From NCBI GenBank assembly GCA_031459625.1, contig JAVKIH010000004.1, positions 26,786 to 90,785 of the forward strand: a stretch of 64,000 nt of DNA, in the 5' to 3' direction. Positions 21,171 to 30,362 of the stretch are shown here, one piece after another. The notes under the pieces are model-generated. The model had not been told where the DNA came from and ran no database searches. It saw only the letters and a list, made by a program, of their open reading frames with translations. Every line of letters begins with the position of its first letter. Position 1 is the first letter of the stretch. The position numbers and the translations under genes were made by a program. The stretch comes from Candidatus Geohabitans tengchongensis. GTDB lineage: Bacteria; Sysuimicrobiota; Sysuimicrobiia; Sysuimicrobiales; Humicultoraceae.

Positions 21171-21581
21171 ATGAGCACTCTTCTCGCCCTGCACGGCACC
21201 GCGCTGCTCGTGTGGCTCCCTGCCATCGGCAACCTGGTCCTGGCCCTCCTAGCCGGCCTGGCGGCCCTGGCGGGGCGGCGCACGCTCCCGGCGCTCTTCT
21301 GGGCCGCCCTGCTGGTCCTGCTCGCCCTGCTGGCCGTGCAGGCTGCCGTCGGTCTGGCGCTCGTGGCCGGTGGGGCGCGGCCGCGCACGGCGCTCCACCT
21401 GCTCTACGGCGTGCTGGTCGCCGTGGGGGCTGTGGTGCAGTACGGGTTGCGTCCCGGCGGCTGGCTGCGGCGACGCGCGGTAGGCGAGCCCTTCCGCGAA
21501 GCGCGCGTCATGGCGCTCGTCTGCCTCACGGAAGGTGCGCTGATCCTGCGGGCCTGGATGACGGGAGCCTTCGGACGTTAG
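21171..21581 (+). CDS. Small 4-TM membrane protein
   Basis: hydrophobic helices, LHLLYG, RAWMTG; TACTGT -10-like box 9 nt upstream. Confidence 0.7.
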   Translation: MSTLLALHGTALLVWLPAIGNLVLALLAGLAALAGRRTLPALFWAALLVLLALLAVQAAVGLALVAGGARPRTALHLLYGVLVAVGAVVQYGLRPGGWLRRRAVGEPFREARVMALVCLTEGALILRAWMTGAFGR

Positions 21582-21657
21582 CGGCGCCCGCGCTCCCCGG
21601 GTGCCTCCGGAGTTCCCACGGAGTTTCGCCCACGACCGCGCGGCGCCGCACGGTAAA

Positions 21658-21686
21658 TTGACCCACTGGGACCCCTCCGGTAGAAT
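21658..21686 (+). promoter_or_regulatory. sigma70-type promoter
   Basis: TTGACC, 17 nt, TAGAAT. Confidence 0.75.
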
Positions 21687-21718
21687 GGACCGAGCCCTAG
21701 CGACCGTCGGAGGTCCAC

Positions 21719-22408
21719 ATGCCGGTCCTCGCCTGGCTGATCGCGGCGGCCTTCGCGGTAGCCGGTCTCCTCCCCATCCTGCGCAGCGCCCTGCGACAGC
21801 CCACTGTCTGGGTCCTCGTGGCGGTCGGAGGGCTGACCTCCTTCATCACCCAATGGGCCGGCCGTGCCCTCTGGGCGCCCGTCGCTGTCACCTTCGGCAT
21901 CCCCGACGTCGGCACCGGGCTGGTCATCCACCTCTTCGTCCTGGCCGCGCTCGGTGAGGCGCTCAAGATCGCTCCCGTGCTGGTCCTCGGCCATGCCCAG
22001 CCTACTCCGGCGGACGAGTGGTTCGTCTACGGTGCGTCCGTGGGCGCGGGGTTCGGGCTCGTCGGTGCGCAGCTCATCATCGCGCTCACCCTGGCCGCCA
22101 GCACGCTGCCGGTCAGCTCGGTCGGCTCGGCGGTCCTGGCGGTGGCGCTGCGCCTCTTCCCAGTCCTGGCCCACACCGCCACCACGGCCTGGCTCGCCTG
22201 GGCCACCGCGCGCGGCCGCTTCGGCGCCACCTTCCTCGTCGTCGTCCTGGCCCAGACGGCGCTCGGCCTGGTCGAGCGCGGGGCGGGGGCGCTGGGCCTG
22301 CCGGTGGGCGGGCTCCTCCTGGCAGCGCTGGCCGCGGCCCTCTACGCCTACGTCTGTCTCCTGCCTGTCCCGACGGGGAACCGCGGCGTGCGGCTCCTGC
22401 CCGACTGA
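21719..22408 (+). CDS. PrsW-like membrane protein with degenerate motifs
   Basis: GEALK, YGASVGAGF, AHTATTA; SD GGAGG. Confidence 0.6.
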   Translation: MPVLAWLIAAAFAVAGLLPILRSALRQPTVWVLVAVGGLTSFITQWAGRALWAPVAVTFGIPDVGTGLVIHLFVLAALGEALKIAPVLVLGHAQPTPADEWFVYGASVGAGFGLVGAQLIIALTLAASTLPVSSVGSAVLAVALRLFPVLAHTATTAWLAWATARGRFGATFLVVVLAQTALGLVERGAGALGLPVGGLLLAALAAALYAYVCLLPVPTGNRGVRLLPD

Positions 22409-22418
22409 GCCTGCGGTC

Positions 22419-23162
22419 GTGCGCATCGCCATCCTCTCCGACGTCCATGCCAACCTGGAGGCGCTGGAGGCGACGCTGGGGGATGCCCGCCGGCGCGGGT
22501 GCGAGCGCATCGTCTGCCTGGGGGACTTCGTCGGGTACGGGCCCAGCCCCAACGAGTGCGTCGACCGCCTGCGGCCGCTCGTCGACGGACGCGCGGTGGC
22601 AGGGAACCACGACTGGGCCGCGGTGGGCAAGGTGGACATCACCTACTTCAACCCCTACGCCCAGGAGGCCATTCGCTGGACCCAGCAGGCCCTGCGCCCC
22701 GGCGTGCGGGACTACCTGACGGCGCTGCCCCACGAGTGGGTGGCGGACGGCACTGTGCCCTTCCTGGCGGTGCACGGCAGTCCCCGGGATCCCATCCAGG
22801 AGTACGTGCTGGACCAGGCCACGGCCGAGGAGAACTTCCGCGAGCGCTCCTTCGCCGTGGCCTTCGTGGGCCACACGCACGTGCCGGCGCTCTTCCTGGC
22901 CCGGGGCGAGACGGTGGGGGCGGCGCCCTTCCCGGTCGACACCCCCGTCGTCCTGCAGCCGGGGGTGCGCTACCTGATCAACGTGGGGAGCGTGGGGCAG
23001 CCGCGCGACGGCGACCCGCGGGCGGCGTACGTCCTGCTGGACAGCGAGGGGCCTGCGGTCATCCTCATCCGGGTAGAGTACCCGATCGAGGTCACACAGG
23101 AGCGGATGCGCGCCGTGGGCCTGCCGGAGGTGCTGGCCGAGCGGCTGCGCTACGGTCGGTGA
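22419..23162 (+). CDS. Calcineurin-like metallophosphoesterase
   Basis: SDVHAN, LGDFVGYG, GNHD, HGSP, GHTH, NVGSVGQPRD. Confidence 0.92.
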   Translation: MRIAILSDVHANLEALEATLGDARRRGCERIVCLGDFVGYGPSPNECVDRLRPLVDGRAVAGNHDWAAVGKVDITYFNPYAQEAIRWTQQALRPGVRDYLTALPHEWVADGTVPFLAVHGSPRDPIQEYVLDQATAEENFRERSFAVAFVGHTHVPALFLARGETVGAAPFPVDTPVVLQPGVRYLINVGSVGQPRDGDPRAAYVLLDSEGPAVILIRVEYPIEVTQERMRAVGLPEVLAERLRYGR

Positions 23163-23182
23163 GCGCAGGAAGGAGGACCGGG

Positions 23183-25315
23183 ATGCCCACGACCGACGGG
23201 GCCGCGGCGACGCGGCGGATCACCATCGACGACCTGCTGCGGCTGCGCTGGGTGAGCGACCCGGCGGTGGCGCCCGACGGGACGGCGGTGGCCTTCACGC
23301 TGACCCGCATCGAGACCCCGTCGCCGCCCGCGGACGGCGGCAGGCCCGAGCCCCCCGACTACGTCTCGCACCTCTACCTGGTCCACCCCGGCGGGTGCGA
23401 GGCGGTGCCCTTCACCCAGGGGCGGCAGCGCGACCACACGCCGCGCTGGTCGCCGGACGGCAGCCGCATCGCCTTCCTGTCGGACCGTCCCACGGGCACT
23501 CCGCCGCCCGGCAGCCGGCGGCCGCGCCACCTCTGGGTGATCCCCGCGACGGGCGGCGAGGCGCGCCGCGTCACCGCGGCCGACTACGATCCCCAGGATC
23601 CGGTGTGGGCGCCGGACGGGCAGGCGCTGGCCTTCGTCGGCAAGGTCCCCTGCGCTGAAGAGCCGCGCAGCGCCGTGCGGGTCATCACCCGCCTGCGCTA
23701 CAAGATGGACGGCGAGGGGTTCTGGGACGGACGCTACCGCCAGATCTTTGTGGTGCCGGCGGACGGCGGGGAGGCGCGTGCCGTCACCGGCGGCGACTAC
23801 GACCACCGCGACCCGGCGTGGTCGCCCGACGGGCGGTGGCTGGCCTTCGTGGCCAACCGCTCGCCAGACGTCGACCTCACCAACGTCACCGACGTGTGGG
23901 TGGTGCCGGCCGCGGGTGGGGAGCCGCGGCGCCTCACCCCGTCGCTGGGGCCGTGCGCGCTGCCCGCCTGGTCGCCCGACGGCCGCCGCATCGCCTACAT
24001 CGGCCACGACAACAGCCACATGACGGCGACGAGCCCGCAGCTGTGGGTGGTGGAGGTGGCGGGCGGCCCGCCCCGCAACCTCACCGGCCCGCTGGACCGC
24101 TACGTCGGCCACCACATCCTCACCGACATGCGGGCCCACCCCGTCCCCGGCCGCCCGGTATGGTCCCCCGACGGCCGCTTCCTTTTCTGCCTGATCGGGC
24201 TCGGCCCCACCTGCCAGGTGGCCGCCGTCTCCCTGGAGGACGGCGTCGTGCACTTCCTCACCGAGGGCGACCACGAGATCTTCCAGTACGCCCTCGACCC
24301 GGCGTGCCGACAGCTCGTCGTGGCGCTCTCCGACGTCGTGACGCCCGGCGACCTCTGGCTGGCCGACCTGGGTACGGTGGACGGGGCGGCGCGGCCGGCC
24401 CGCGCCTCCTGGCGGCGCCTCACCGACGTCAACCGCCAGGTGCTGGCGGACGTGGCGCTGAGCCGTCCGGAGCGGTTCGAGTACGAGGGCGCCGACGGCT
24501 GGCGTGTGGAGGGGTGGGTGTTGCCGCCCGTGGAGCGCCAGCCCGGCCGCCGCTACCCCACCATCCTGCAGATCCACGGCGGCCCGCACGCCGCCTACGG
24601 GTACGGGTTCTTCCACGAGTTCCAGGTGCTGGCCGCCGAAGGGTTCGCGGTGGTCTACACCAACCCGCGCGGCAGCCAGGGCTACGGCCAGACCTTCGCC
24701 GCGGCCACCCGGCACGACTGGGGCGGCAAGGACTACGAGGACATCATGCGGGGCGTGGACGCCGCCCTGGCCCGCTTCCCCTACCTCGACCCGGAGCGCC
24801 TGGGCGTGGCGGGGGGCTCCTACGGTGGCTTCATGACGAACTGGATCATCGGCCACACCGACCGCTTCAAGGCCGCGGTGACGATGCGCTCCATCGCCAA
24901 CCACACCAGCCAGTGGGGGACGAGCGACCTGGCCTACATGAAGGGGATGTGGGAGTTCCCCGGCGACCTGTGGGAGGCGCCGACCTTCTACTGGGAGCGC
25001 TCGCCGCTGGCCTACGTCGACCGCATCACCACGCCGCTGCTCATCCTCCACGCCGAGGAGGACTACCGCTGCCCCATCGGCGAGGCGGAGCAGCTCTTCG
25101 CCGCCCTGAAGAAGCAGGGGAAGGCGGTCGTCTTCGTCCGCTTCCCCGAGGAGAGCCACGACCTCACGCGCAAGGGCAAGCCCCACCACCGCCTGGAGCA
25201 CCTCCGGTGGGTCGTGCGCTGGTTCGCCGACCACCTGGGCCGCGAGCCGGTGCCCGCCCCGGTGCGCGAGCTGGCCGGGACGCCGGGGATGGAGGCGGGA
25301 TCGGTACAGGGATGA
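23183..25315 (+). CDS. S9 family peptidase (acylaminoacyl-peptidase-like)
   Basis: WSPDG propeller repeats, IHGGP, GGSYGG, DYRC, ESH; SD AGGAGG. Confidence 0.93.
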   Translation: MPTTDGAAATRRITIDDLLRLRWVSDPAVAPDGTAVAFTLTRIETPSPPADGGRPEPPDYVSHLYLVHPGGCEAVPFTQGRQRDHTPRWSPDGSRIAFLSDRPTGTPPPGSRRPRHLWVIPATGGEARRVTAADYDPQDPVWAPDGQALAFVGKVPCAEEPRSAVRVITRLRYKMDGEGFWDGRYRQIFVVPADGGEARAVTGGDYDHRDPAWSPDGRWLAFVANRSPDVDLTNVTDVWVVPAAGGEPRRLTPSLGPCALPAWSPDGRRIAYIGHDNSHMTATSPQLWVVEVAGGPPRNLTGPLDRYVGHHILTDMRAHPVPGRPVWSPDGRFLFCLIGLGPTCQVAAVSLEDGVVHFLTEGDHEIFQYALDPACRQLVVALSDVVTPGDLWLADLGTVDGAARPARASWRRLTDVNRQVLADVALSRPERFEYEGADGWRVEGWVLPPVERQPGRRYPTILQIHGGPHAAYGYGFFHEFQVLAAEGFAVVYTNPRGSQGYGQTFAAATRHDWGGKDYEDIMRGVDAALARFPYLDPERLGVAGGSYGGFMTNWIIGHTDRFKAAVTMRSIANHTSQWGTSDLAYMKGMWEFPGDLWEAPTFYWERSPLAYVDRITTPLLILHAEEDYRCPIGEAEQLFAALKKQGKAVVFVRFPEESHDLTRKGKPHHRLEHLRWVVRWFADHLGREPVPAPVRELAGTPGMEAGSVQG

Positions 25316-25869
25316 CCCGCCTCTACACCCGGACCGGGGACGCCGGCGAGACCGGCCTCATCGGCGGGCGCCGCGTCCCCAAGGACGACCCGCGGGTGGA
25401 GGCCTACGGTACGCTCGACGAGTTGAACTCCGCCATCGGCGCGGCGCGGGCCTTTCTCGGAGATGCCCCGCCCGCGGTGACGCGCGCGCTGGAGCAGGTG
25501 CAGCACCGCCTCTTCGCCCTGGGGGCGGAGATCGCCGCACCGGATCCGGCCGCCGCAGGCGTGCGCCCCTGCACGGCGGACGACGTCGGCGCGCTGGAGC
25601 ACCTGATCGACGCGGTGCAGGCGGAGCTGCCCGCGCTGCGGGTCTTCATCCTGCCCGGCGGGAGCCCGGCTGGCAGCCTGCTCCACGTGGCCCGCACCGT
25701 GGCCCGGCGGGCCGAACGGCGCGTCGTGGCCCTGGCGCGCGCGGAGCCCCTGAACCCGGAGGTCCTCCGCTACCTGAACCGCCTCTCCGACCTGCTCTTC
25801 GTGCTGGCCCGCGCCGTCAACCAGGCGGCGGGACGGCCGGAGACGCCCTGGGACAAGGACGCGGGCTAG
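25312..25869 (+). CDS. pduO: Cob(I)alamin adenosyltransferase, PduO type
   Basis: YTRTGDAGET, YGTLDELNS, RTVARRAERR, YLNRLSD. Confidence 0.93.
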   Translation: MTRLYTRTGDAGETGLIGGRRVPKDDPRVEAYGTLDELNSAIGAARAFLGDAPPAVTRALEQVQHRLFALGAEIAAPDPAAAGVRPCTADDVGALEHLIDAVQAELPALRVFILPGGSPAGSLLHVARTVARRAERRVVALARAEPLNPEVLRYLNRLSDLLFVLARAVNQAAGRPETPWDKDAG

Positions 25870-25960
25870 TATGCGCAGGCCGCCAGCGCGGCATCGACCG
25901 GGGCTCTCCACATCGGCCGCGCTTGTGGGATCTGGGGATCTCTTCCGTGACGCGCACCGG

Positions 25961-25989
25961 TTGACCGAACACGTGATGTAGCCTATCCT
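25961..25989 (+). promoter_or_regulatory. sigma70-type promoter
   Basis: TTGACC, 17 nt, TATCCT. Confidence 0.7.
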
Positions 25990-26017
25990 AAACATAGTCC
26001 GTAGCCTGGAGCTTACA

Positions 26018-27082
26018 TTGCGCGTCATCGACCTCACCGCCCAGAGCGCCCTGCACGTCCGCTTCGACCCCAGCCCCGTCTACGACTTCCTGGCGGCGCT
26101 GTACCTGGTGCGCCACTGGACGCCGGAGCGCGGCTTCGACGTCGACCCGGCGTGGGTGCGCGCGGCCCGCCGCGCCCTGGGGCCACGGCTGATGGCGGAC
26201 GCGGGACTCCTCCTGCCGCCGCGCAGCCCCGTGCTGGGGGTGCTGGCCGTCCTCGAGGAGACGCCGGGGCTGTCGGTGCGCGCGGCCCTGCGGCGCCTGC
26301 GGCAGCTCTCCCCGCCGTCCCTGGTGGAGCGGATGCTGGGCGGGCCTACCGCCGTGCGCCCGCTGCTGCCGCCGTTGCGCCAGGCCATCCAGGGCGACCG
26401 CGCCGCGCTGGAGGCGGTGGTGGCCGCCTTCCCCCGGGAGTACGACCCGGACGCGGTGCGCCGGCTGCTCGCCGCCGGCCCGGCGGCGGTGCACGCGCGG
26501 CTGCTGCGCCTCCTGCGCGCCTTCTACACGCGGGTCTACGCCCGGGAGGAGGCGCGCGTGGCGCCGCTGCTGGCCGCGGACGTGGCGGCGCGGCAGGCCC
26601 TCGCCGGCGTGCTGGCCCCGGCCGACCTGGTGGAGCGGGTGACGGGCGGTTTCGTCATCGCGCCGGGGACGGGGATCGCCCAGGTGCTGCTGGCGCCCAC
26701 CTACTTTTTCCGCCCGTACAACCTCCTCACCGAGTACCACGGGGTGCGCGTCTTCATCTACCCCATCGAGCTCCCCGACGGCCGCGAGCGGGAGGCCCGC
26801 CCGCCGCAGGAGCTGGTGCGGCTGTACAAGGCGCTGGCCGACGAGACCCGCCTGCGCATCCTCCGCCTGCTCAGCGAGCGCGAGATGTACGTGCAGGAGA
26901 TCGCCAACGCCCTCGGCGTCTCCCACGTCACCGCCCTGCACCACCTGGCCCAGCTGCGGGCCGCCCACCTGGTGCAGGCGGTGGAGCGGGACAACCTCCG
27001 CTACTACCGCCTGCGGCCGGAGGCGGTGCGGGAGGCAGAGCGGCGCTGGTGGGACTTCCTGCACGCGGAGGCGGTGCAATGA
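26018..27082 (+). CDS. ArsR-family regulator with long N-terminal domain
   Basis: C-terminal KALADETRLRIL...HHLAQLRAA; TTG start after GGAG. Confidence 0.85.
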   Translation: MRVIDLTAQSALHVRFDPSPVYDFLAALYLVRHWTPERGFDVDPAWVRAARRALGPRLMADAGLLLPPRSPVLGVLAVLEETPGLSVRAALRRLRQLSPPSLVERMLGGPTAVRPLLPPLRQAIQGDRAALEAVVAAFPREYDPDAVRRLLAAGPAAVHARLLRLLRAFYTRVYAREEARVAPLLAADVAARQALAGVLAPADLVERVTGGFVIAPGTGIAQVLLAPTYFFRPYNLLTEYHGVRVFIYPIELPDGREREARPPQELVRLYKALADETRLRILRLLSEREMYVQEIANALGVSHVTALHHLAQLRAAHLVQAVERDNLRYYRLRPEAVREAERRWWDFLHAEAVQ

Positions 27083-27300
27083 CCGTGCCCCCGGGGCCTT
27101 CGCTGGAGCTGGAGGTGCTCACCGTCGAGCAGGCTGCCGAGTACCTGCAGATCCACCGGGCCACCCTCTACCGGTACATCCGCGAGGGACTGCTCCCCGC
27201 CGTGCGGCTGGGCAAGGTGTACCGCCTGCTGCGGTCGGACGTAGAGGCGTTCCTCCAGGCGCGCCGGGTGGGCGGGCCGGGAGCGGAGGCGCCCCGATGA
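27079..27300 (+). CDS. Excisionase-family HTH DNA-binding protein
   Basis: LTVEQAAEYLQIHRATLYRYIREGLLPAVRLG. Confidence 0.85.
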   Translation: MTVPPGPSLELEVLTVEQAAEYLQIHRATLYRYIREGLLPAVRLGKVYRLLRSDVEAFLQARRVGGPGAEAPR

Positions 27301-28577
27301 TCGCGCTGGCCCGCACGCGCACCTTCAGCGCCTTCCGCTGGCGCAACTTCCGCCTCTACTGGACGGGGGCGATCGTCTCCCTGGTGGGGACGTGGGCCCA
27401 GAGCACGGCGCAGGCCTACCTGGTGTGGGAGCTGACGCGCTCTCCGTTGGCCACGAGCCTGCCGATGTTCTTCTTCACGCTGCCGAGCACGTTCCTGGCC
27501 CTCCTGGGCGGGGTGGTGGCGGACCGGCTGGACCGCCGGCGCCTGCTGCTGGTCACGCAGGGGCTCTTCATGGTCTCCGCCGGCGTGCTCACGGCGCTGA
27601 CCTGGCTCGGGGCGCTGCGGGTGGAGCACGTCTACCTGCTGGCGTTCGCGAACGGCGTGCTCATGGCGGTGGACGCGCCCACCCGCCACTCCCTCATCCC
27701 CCGGCTGGTCGCCCCCGAGGACGTGCCCAACGCCGTCGGCCTGAACTCGCTCGTGTGGAACGCCTCGCGCATCGTCGGGCCGCCCGTCGGCGGGCTCCTG
27801 TACGCCGCCGCCGGGCCCGAGGCCGCCTTCCTCCTCAACACCGTGAGCTACGGGGCCATCCTCTACGCGCTGGCCATCATGGACGTCCCCGGTGAATCCA
27901 ACGGTGCGGTGCGCGCCACCGTCTGGTCGGACCTGCGCGCGGGGCTGACCTACGTCTGGGAGACGCGCCTGGTGCGCACGGTCATACTGGCCGTGGCGGT
28001 GATGGGCACCTTCGGCTTCAGCTACCTGGTGCTCATGCCGGTGATGGCCTCCCGCGTGCTGGGCGGCGGGCCGGCCGAGAACGGCGTCCTGCTGGGGATG
28101 GTGGGCGTGGGCGCCACCCTCGGCGCCCTCACCGTGGCCCACCTGGGGCGGCCGGCCCAGCCGGGGCGCCGCCTGCTGGCCACGGGCACGGTGGCCGGTG
28201 CCGCCCTGGTGGGCTTCGCCTTCTCGCGGCTCTTCGCCCTCTCCGCGCTGTGCGCCCTGGCCACCGGGGCAGGGATCATCGCCTTCCTCTCCTCCGCCAA
28301 CGCCACGGTGCAGCTCACCGCCCCGGATGCGCTCCGCGGGCGGGTGATGAGCGTCTACTCGTTGGCCCTCATCGGCAGCGGTCCCCTCAACAGCCTGCTC
28401 TCGGGCGCGCTGGGCGACCTGCTGGGCGCGCCCCGGGCGATCGCCCTCACCGGGCTCGTCATCGTGGTGGCCGTGGCGCTGCTGGTGCAGGCCCCGGGCG
28501 GCATGGCCGCTACGCCCGCACCGACCTCCGCCCGGCCGGACCCGCGAGACCGGGCCCCCTCCCACCCCGCCGCCTGA
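27297..28577 (+). CDS. MFS transporter
   Basis: RNFRLYW, GGVVADRLDRR, about 12 TM, RGRV. Confidence 0.92.
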   Translation: MIALARTRTFSAFRWRNFRLYWTGAIVSLVGTWAQSTAQAYLVWELTRSPLATSLPMFFFTLPSTFLALLGGVVADRLDRRRLLLVTQGLFMVSAGVLTALTWLGALRVEHVYLLAFANGVLMAVDAPTRHSLIPRLVAPEDVPNAVGLNSLVWNASRIVGPPVGGLLYAAAGPEAAFLLNTVSYGAILYALAIMDVPGESNGAVRATVWSDLRAGLTYVWETRLVRTVILAVAVMGTFGFSYLVLMPVMASRVLGGGPAENGVLLGMVGVGATLGALTVAHLGRPAQPGRRLLATGTVAGAALVGFAFSRLFALSALCALATGAGIIAFLSSANATVQLTAPDALRGRVMSVYSLALIGSGPLNSLLSGALGDLLGAPRAIALTGLVIVVAVALLVQAPGGMAATPAPTSARPDPRDRAPSHPAA

Positions 28578-28672
28578 CCCCCGGGTCCCGGGGAGCCTCC
28601 CTGACCCCACCGGTCGGGGCAGGAGGAGTTCCGCCGCCTCCCGCCGAAAGCCTCCGTGCCCGGCGAAAAATC

Positions 28673-28693
28673 TGACAGGTGAATCACTTGTCA
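28673..28693. promoter_or_regulatory. Putative TetR operator
   Basis: TGACAGGTGA-A-TCACTTGTCA inverted repeat (9/10) over the tetR start. Confidence 0.7.
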
Positions 28694-29365
28694 CATTCTC
28701 TCCGACCTTTCCGTCGAGGTCCCGGGGCGCCGCCGCCGCAGGCGCGGGGTCGGCGGACGCGCCAGCGCCTGCTGGCGGCCGCCGAGGCGGCCTTCGGTAG
28801 CCGGGGGTACTTCGCCGCGTCGGTGGCCGACATCACGCGACGCGCCCGGGTAGCCCAGGGCACCTTCTACCTGTACTTCCCCAGCAAGCGGGCCATCTTC
28901 GAAGAGCTCGTGCGCCAGCTCAGCCACGACCTGCGCCGCACCATCCAGCAGCGGGTGGCGGGGCTGACTGATCGGCGCCAGGTCGAGCGGGAGGGCTTCC
29001 TGGCGTTCTTCCACTTCATCCGGCGACACCGGGCCATGTACCGCATCATCCGCCAGGCCGAACTGGTCCACCCGGCCATCTACCGCTGGTACTACCGGAG
29101 GATCGCCGAGGGGTACGCCCGGGGCCTGCGCACCGCCATGGCGCAGGGGCAGATCCGGCCGCTCGACCCCGAGGTCCTGGCCTACTGCCTGATGGGCATC
29201 GGGGATTTCCTGGGGATGCGATGGGTCCTCTGGGAGCGGCGGGCGCCGCCCCCCCGGGTCGTGGAGGCGATGATGGCGTTCGTGCTGAGGGGAATGGACG
29301 CATCTGCGCCCGGGCGATCCGCCGCCGGCGGGGTGCCCGGGCGCGCCGCCGCGCGCGCGCGATGA
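28679..29365 (+). CDS. TetR family regulator (start GTG 28679 or TTG 28688)
   Basis: SVADITRRARVAQGTFYLYFPSK. Confidence 0.9.
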   Translation: MNHLSHSLRPFRRGPGAPPPQARGRRTRQRLLAAAEAAFGSRGYFAASVADITRRARVAQGTFYLYFPSKRAIFEELVRQLSHDLRRTIQQRVAGLTDRRQVEREGFLAFFHFIRRHRAMYRIIRQAELVHPAIYRWYYRRIAEGYARGLRTAMAQGQIRPLDPEVLAYCLMGIGDFLGMRWVLWERRAPPPRVVEAMMAFVLRGMDASAPGRSAAGGVPGRAAARAR

Positions 29366-30357
29366 GCGAGGTCCGACTGACGGCGATCAACACGTACTTC
29401 CCGGCGGGATACCAGCCTGCCGCCGCCATTGCCGCCGCCAGCGGCATTCCCGAAGCGGTGATCACGGCTAAGTTCGGCCTGACCGGCAAGCACGTGGCCG
29501 GGACCGACGAGCACGTCTCCGACCTGGCCATCCGGGCCGCTCGGCCCCTGGTGGACGGCCGGGGCGAGGTGGACGCGGTCATCTACTTCGGCAGCGCCCA
29601 CAAGGACTACTACCTGTGGGCCGTGGCCCCGAAGATCCAGCACGCCCTGGGCCTCCACCGCGCCTTCGCCCTGGAGCTGATGGCGACCAGCGCGTGCGGT
29701 CCGATCGCCCTGAAGGTGGCACGGGACATGCTGCTGGCCGACCGGCGCCTGCGGGGGATCCTCCTGGTGGGCGCTTCGCGGGAGTCCTCCATCATCGACT
29801 ACCGCAATGGCCGCTCGCGGTTCGCCTTCACCTTCGCCGACGGGGCAGCGGCGGCCCTCCTCCGGCGCGGTCCGGGGGCGGGGCACCGCGTGCTGGCCTC
29901 GGCCATCCTGACCGACGGGGCGTTCGCCGACGACGTGATGGTCCCGGCCGGCGGGTCGGTGTTGCCGCCCTCCCACGAGACGGTGGAGCGGGGCCTGCAC
30001 CACCTCGACGTCCCGGACCCGCAGGGGATGAAGGCCCGCCTCGACCCGGTCTCCCTGGGCCGCTTCGTCGAGGTGGTCCGCCGGGCCCTGGAAGGGAGCG
30101 GGGCGGCGCTGGCCGACCTCGACTTCCTGGCCGTGCTCCATCTCAAGCGCTCCATGCACCGGGCGCTCCTCCAGGCGCTGGGGTTGGAGCCGCATCAGTC
30201 CGTCTACCTGGAGCGCTTCGGGCACATGTCCGCCATCGACCCCCTGGTGGCGCTGGCCGAAGGGGAGCGGCTGGGCCGGCTCCGGCCGGGCCACCTGGCG
30301 GTGGCGCTCAGTGCCGGGACGGGGTACACGTGGGCCGCGACGGCCATCCGGTGGTGA
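29362..30357 (+). CDS. 3-oxoacyl-ACP synthase III (FabH)-like protein
   Basis: FADGAAA, PAGGS, LHLK, FGHM, AGTGYTW. Confidence 0.85.
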   Translation: MSEVRLTAINTYFPAGYQPAAAIAAASGIPEAVITAKFGLTGKHVAGTDEHVSDLAIRAARPLVDGRGEVDAVIYFGSAHKDYYLWAVAPKIQHALGLHRAFALELMATSACGPIALKVARDMLLADRRLRGILLVGASRESSIIDYRNGRSRFAFTFADGAAAALLRRGPGAGHRVLASAILTDGAFADDVMVPAGGSVLPPSHETVERGLHHLDVPDPQGMKARLDPVSLGRFVEVVRRALEGSGAALADLDFLAVLHLKRSMHRALLQALGLEPHQSVYLERFGHMSAIDPLVALAEGERLGRLRPGHLAVALSAGTGYTWAATAIRW

Positions 30358-30362
30358 GGCCG

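Noticed and set aside
25870..25960. Cobalamin riboswitch near pduO
   Set aside because: No B12-box seen and the gap is too short
27079..27300. Prophage signalled by the excisionase-like gene
   Set aside because: No phage genes nearby; it is coupled within a regulator-MFS operon
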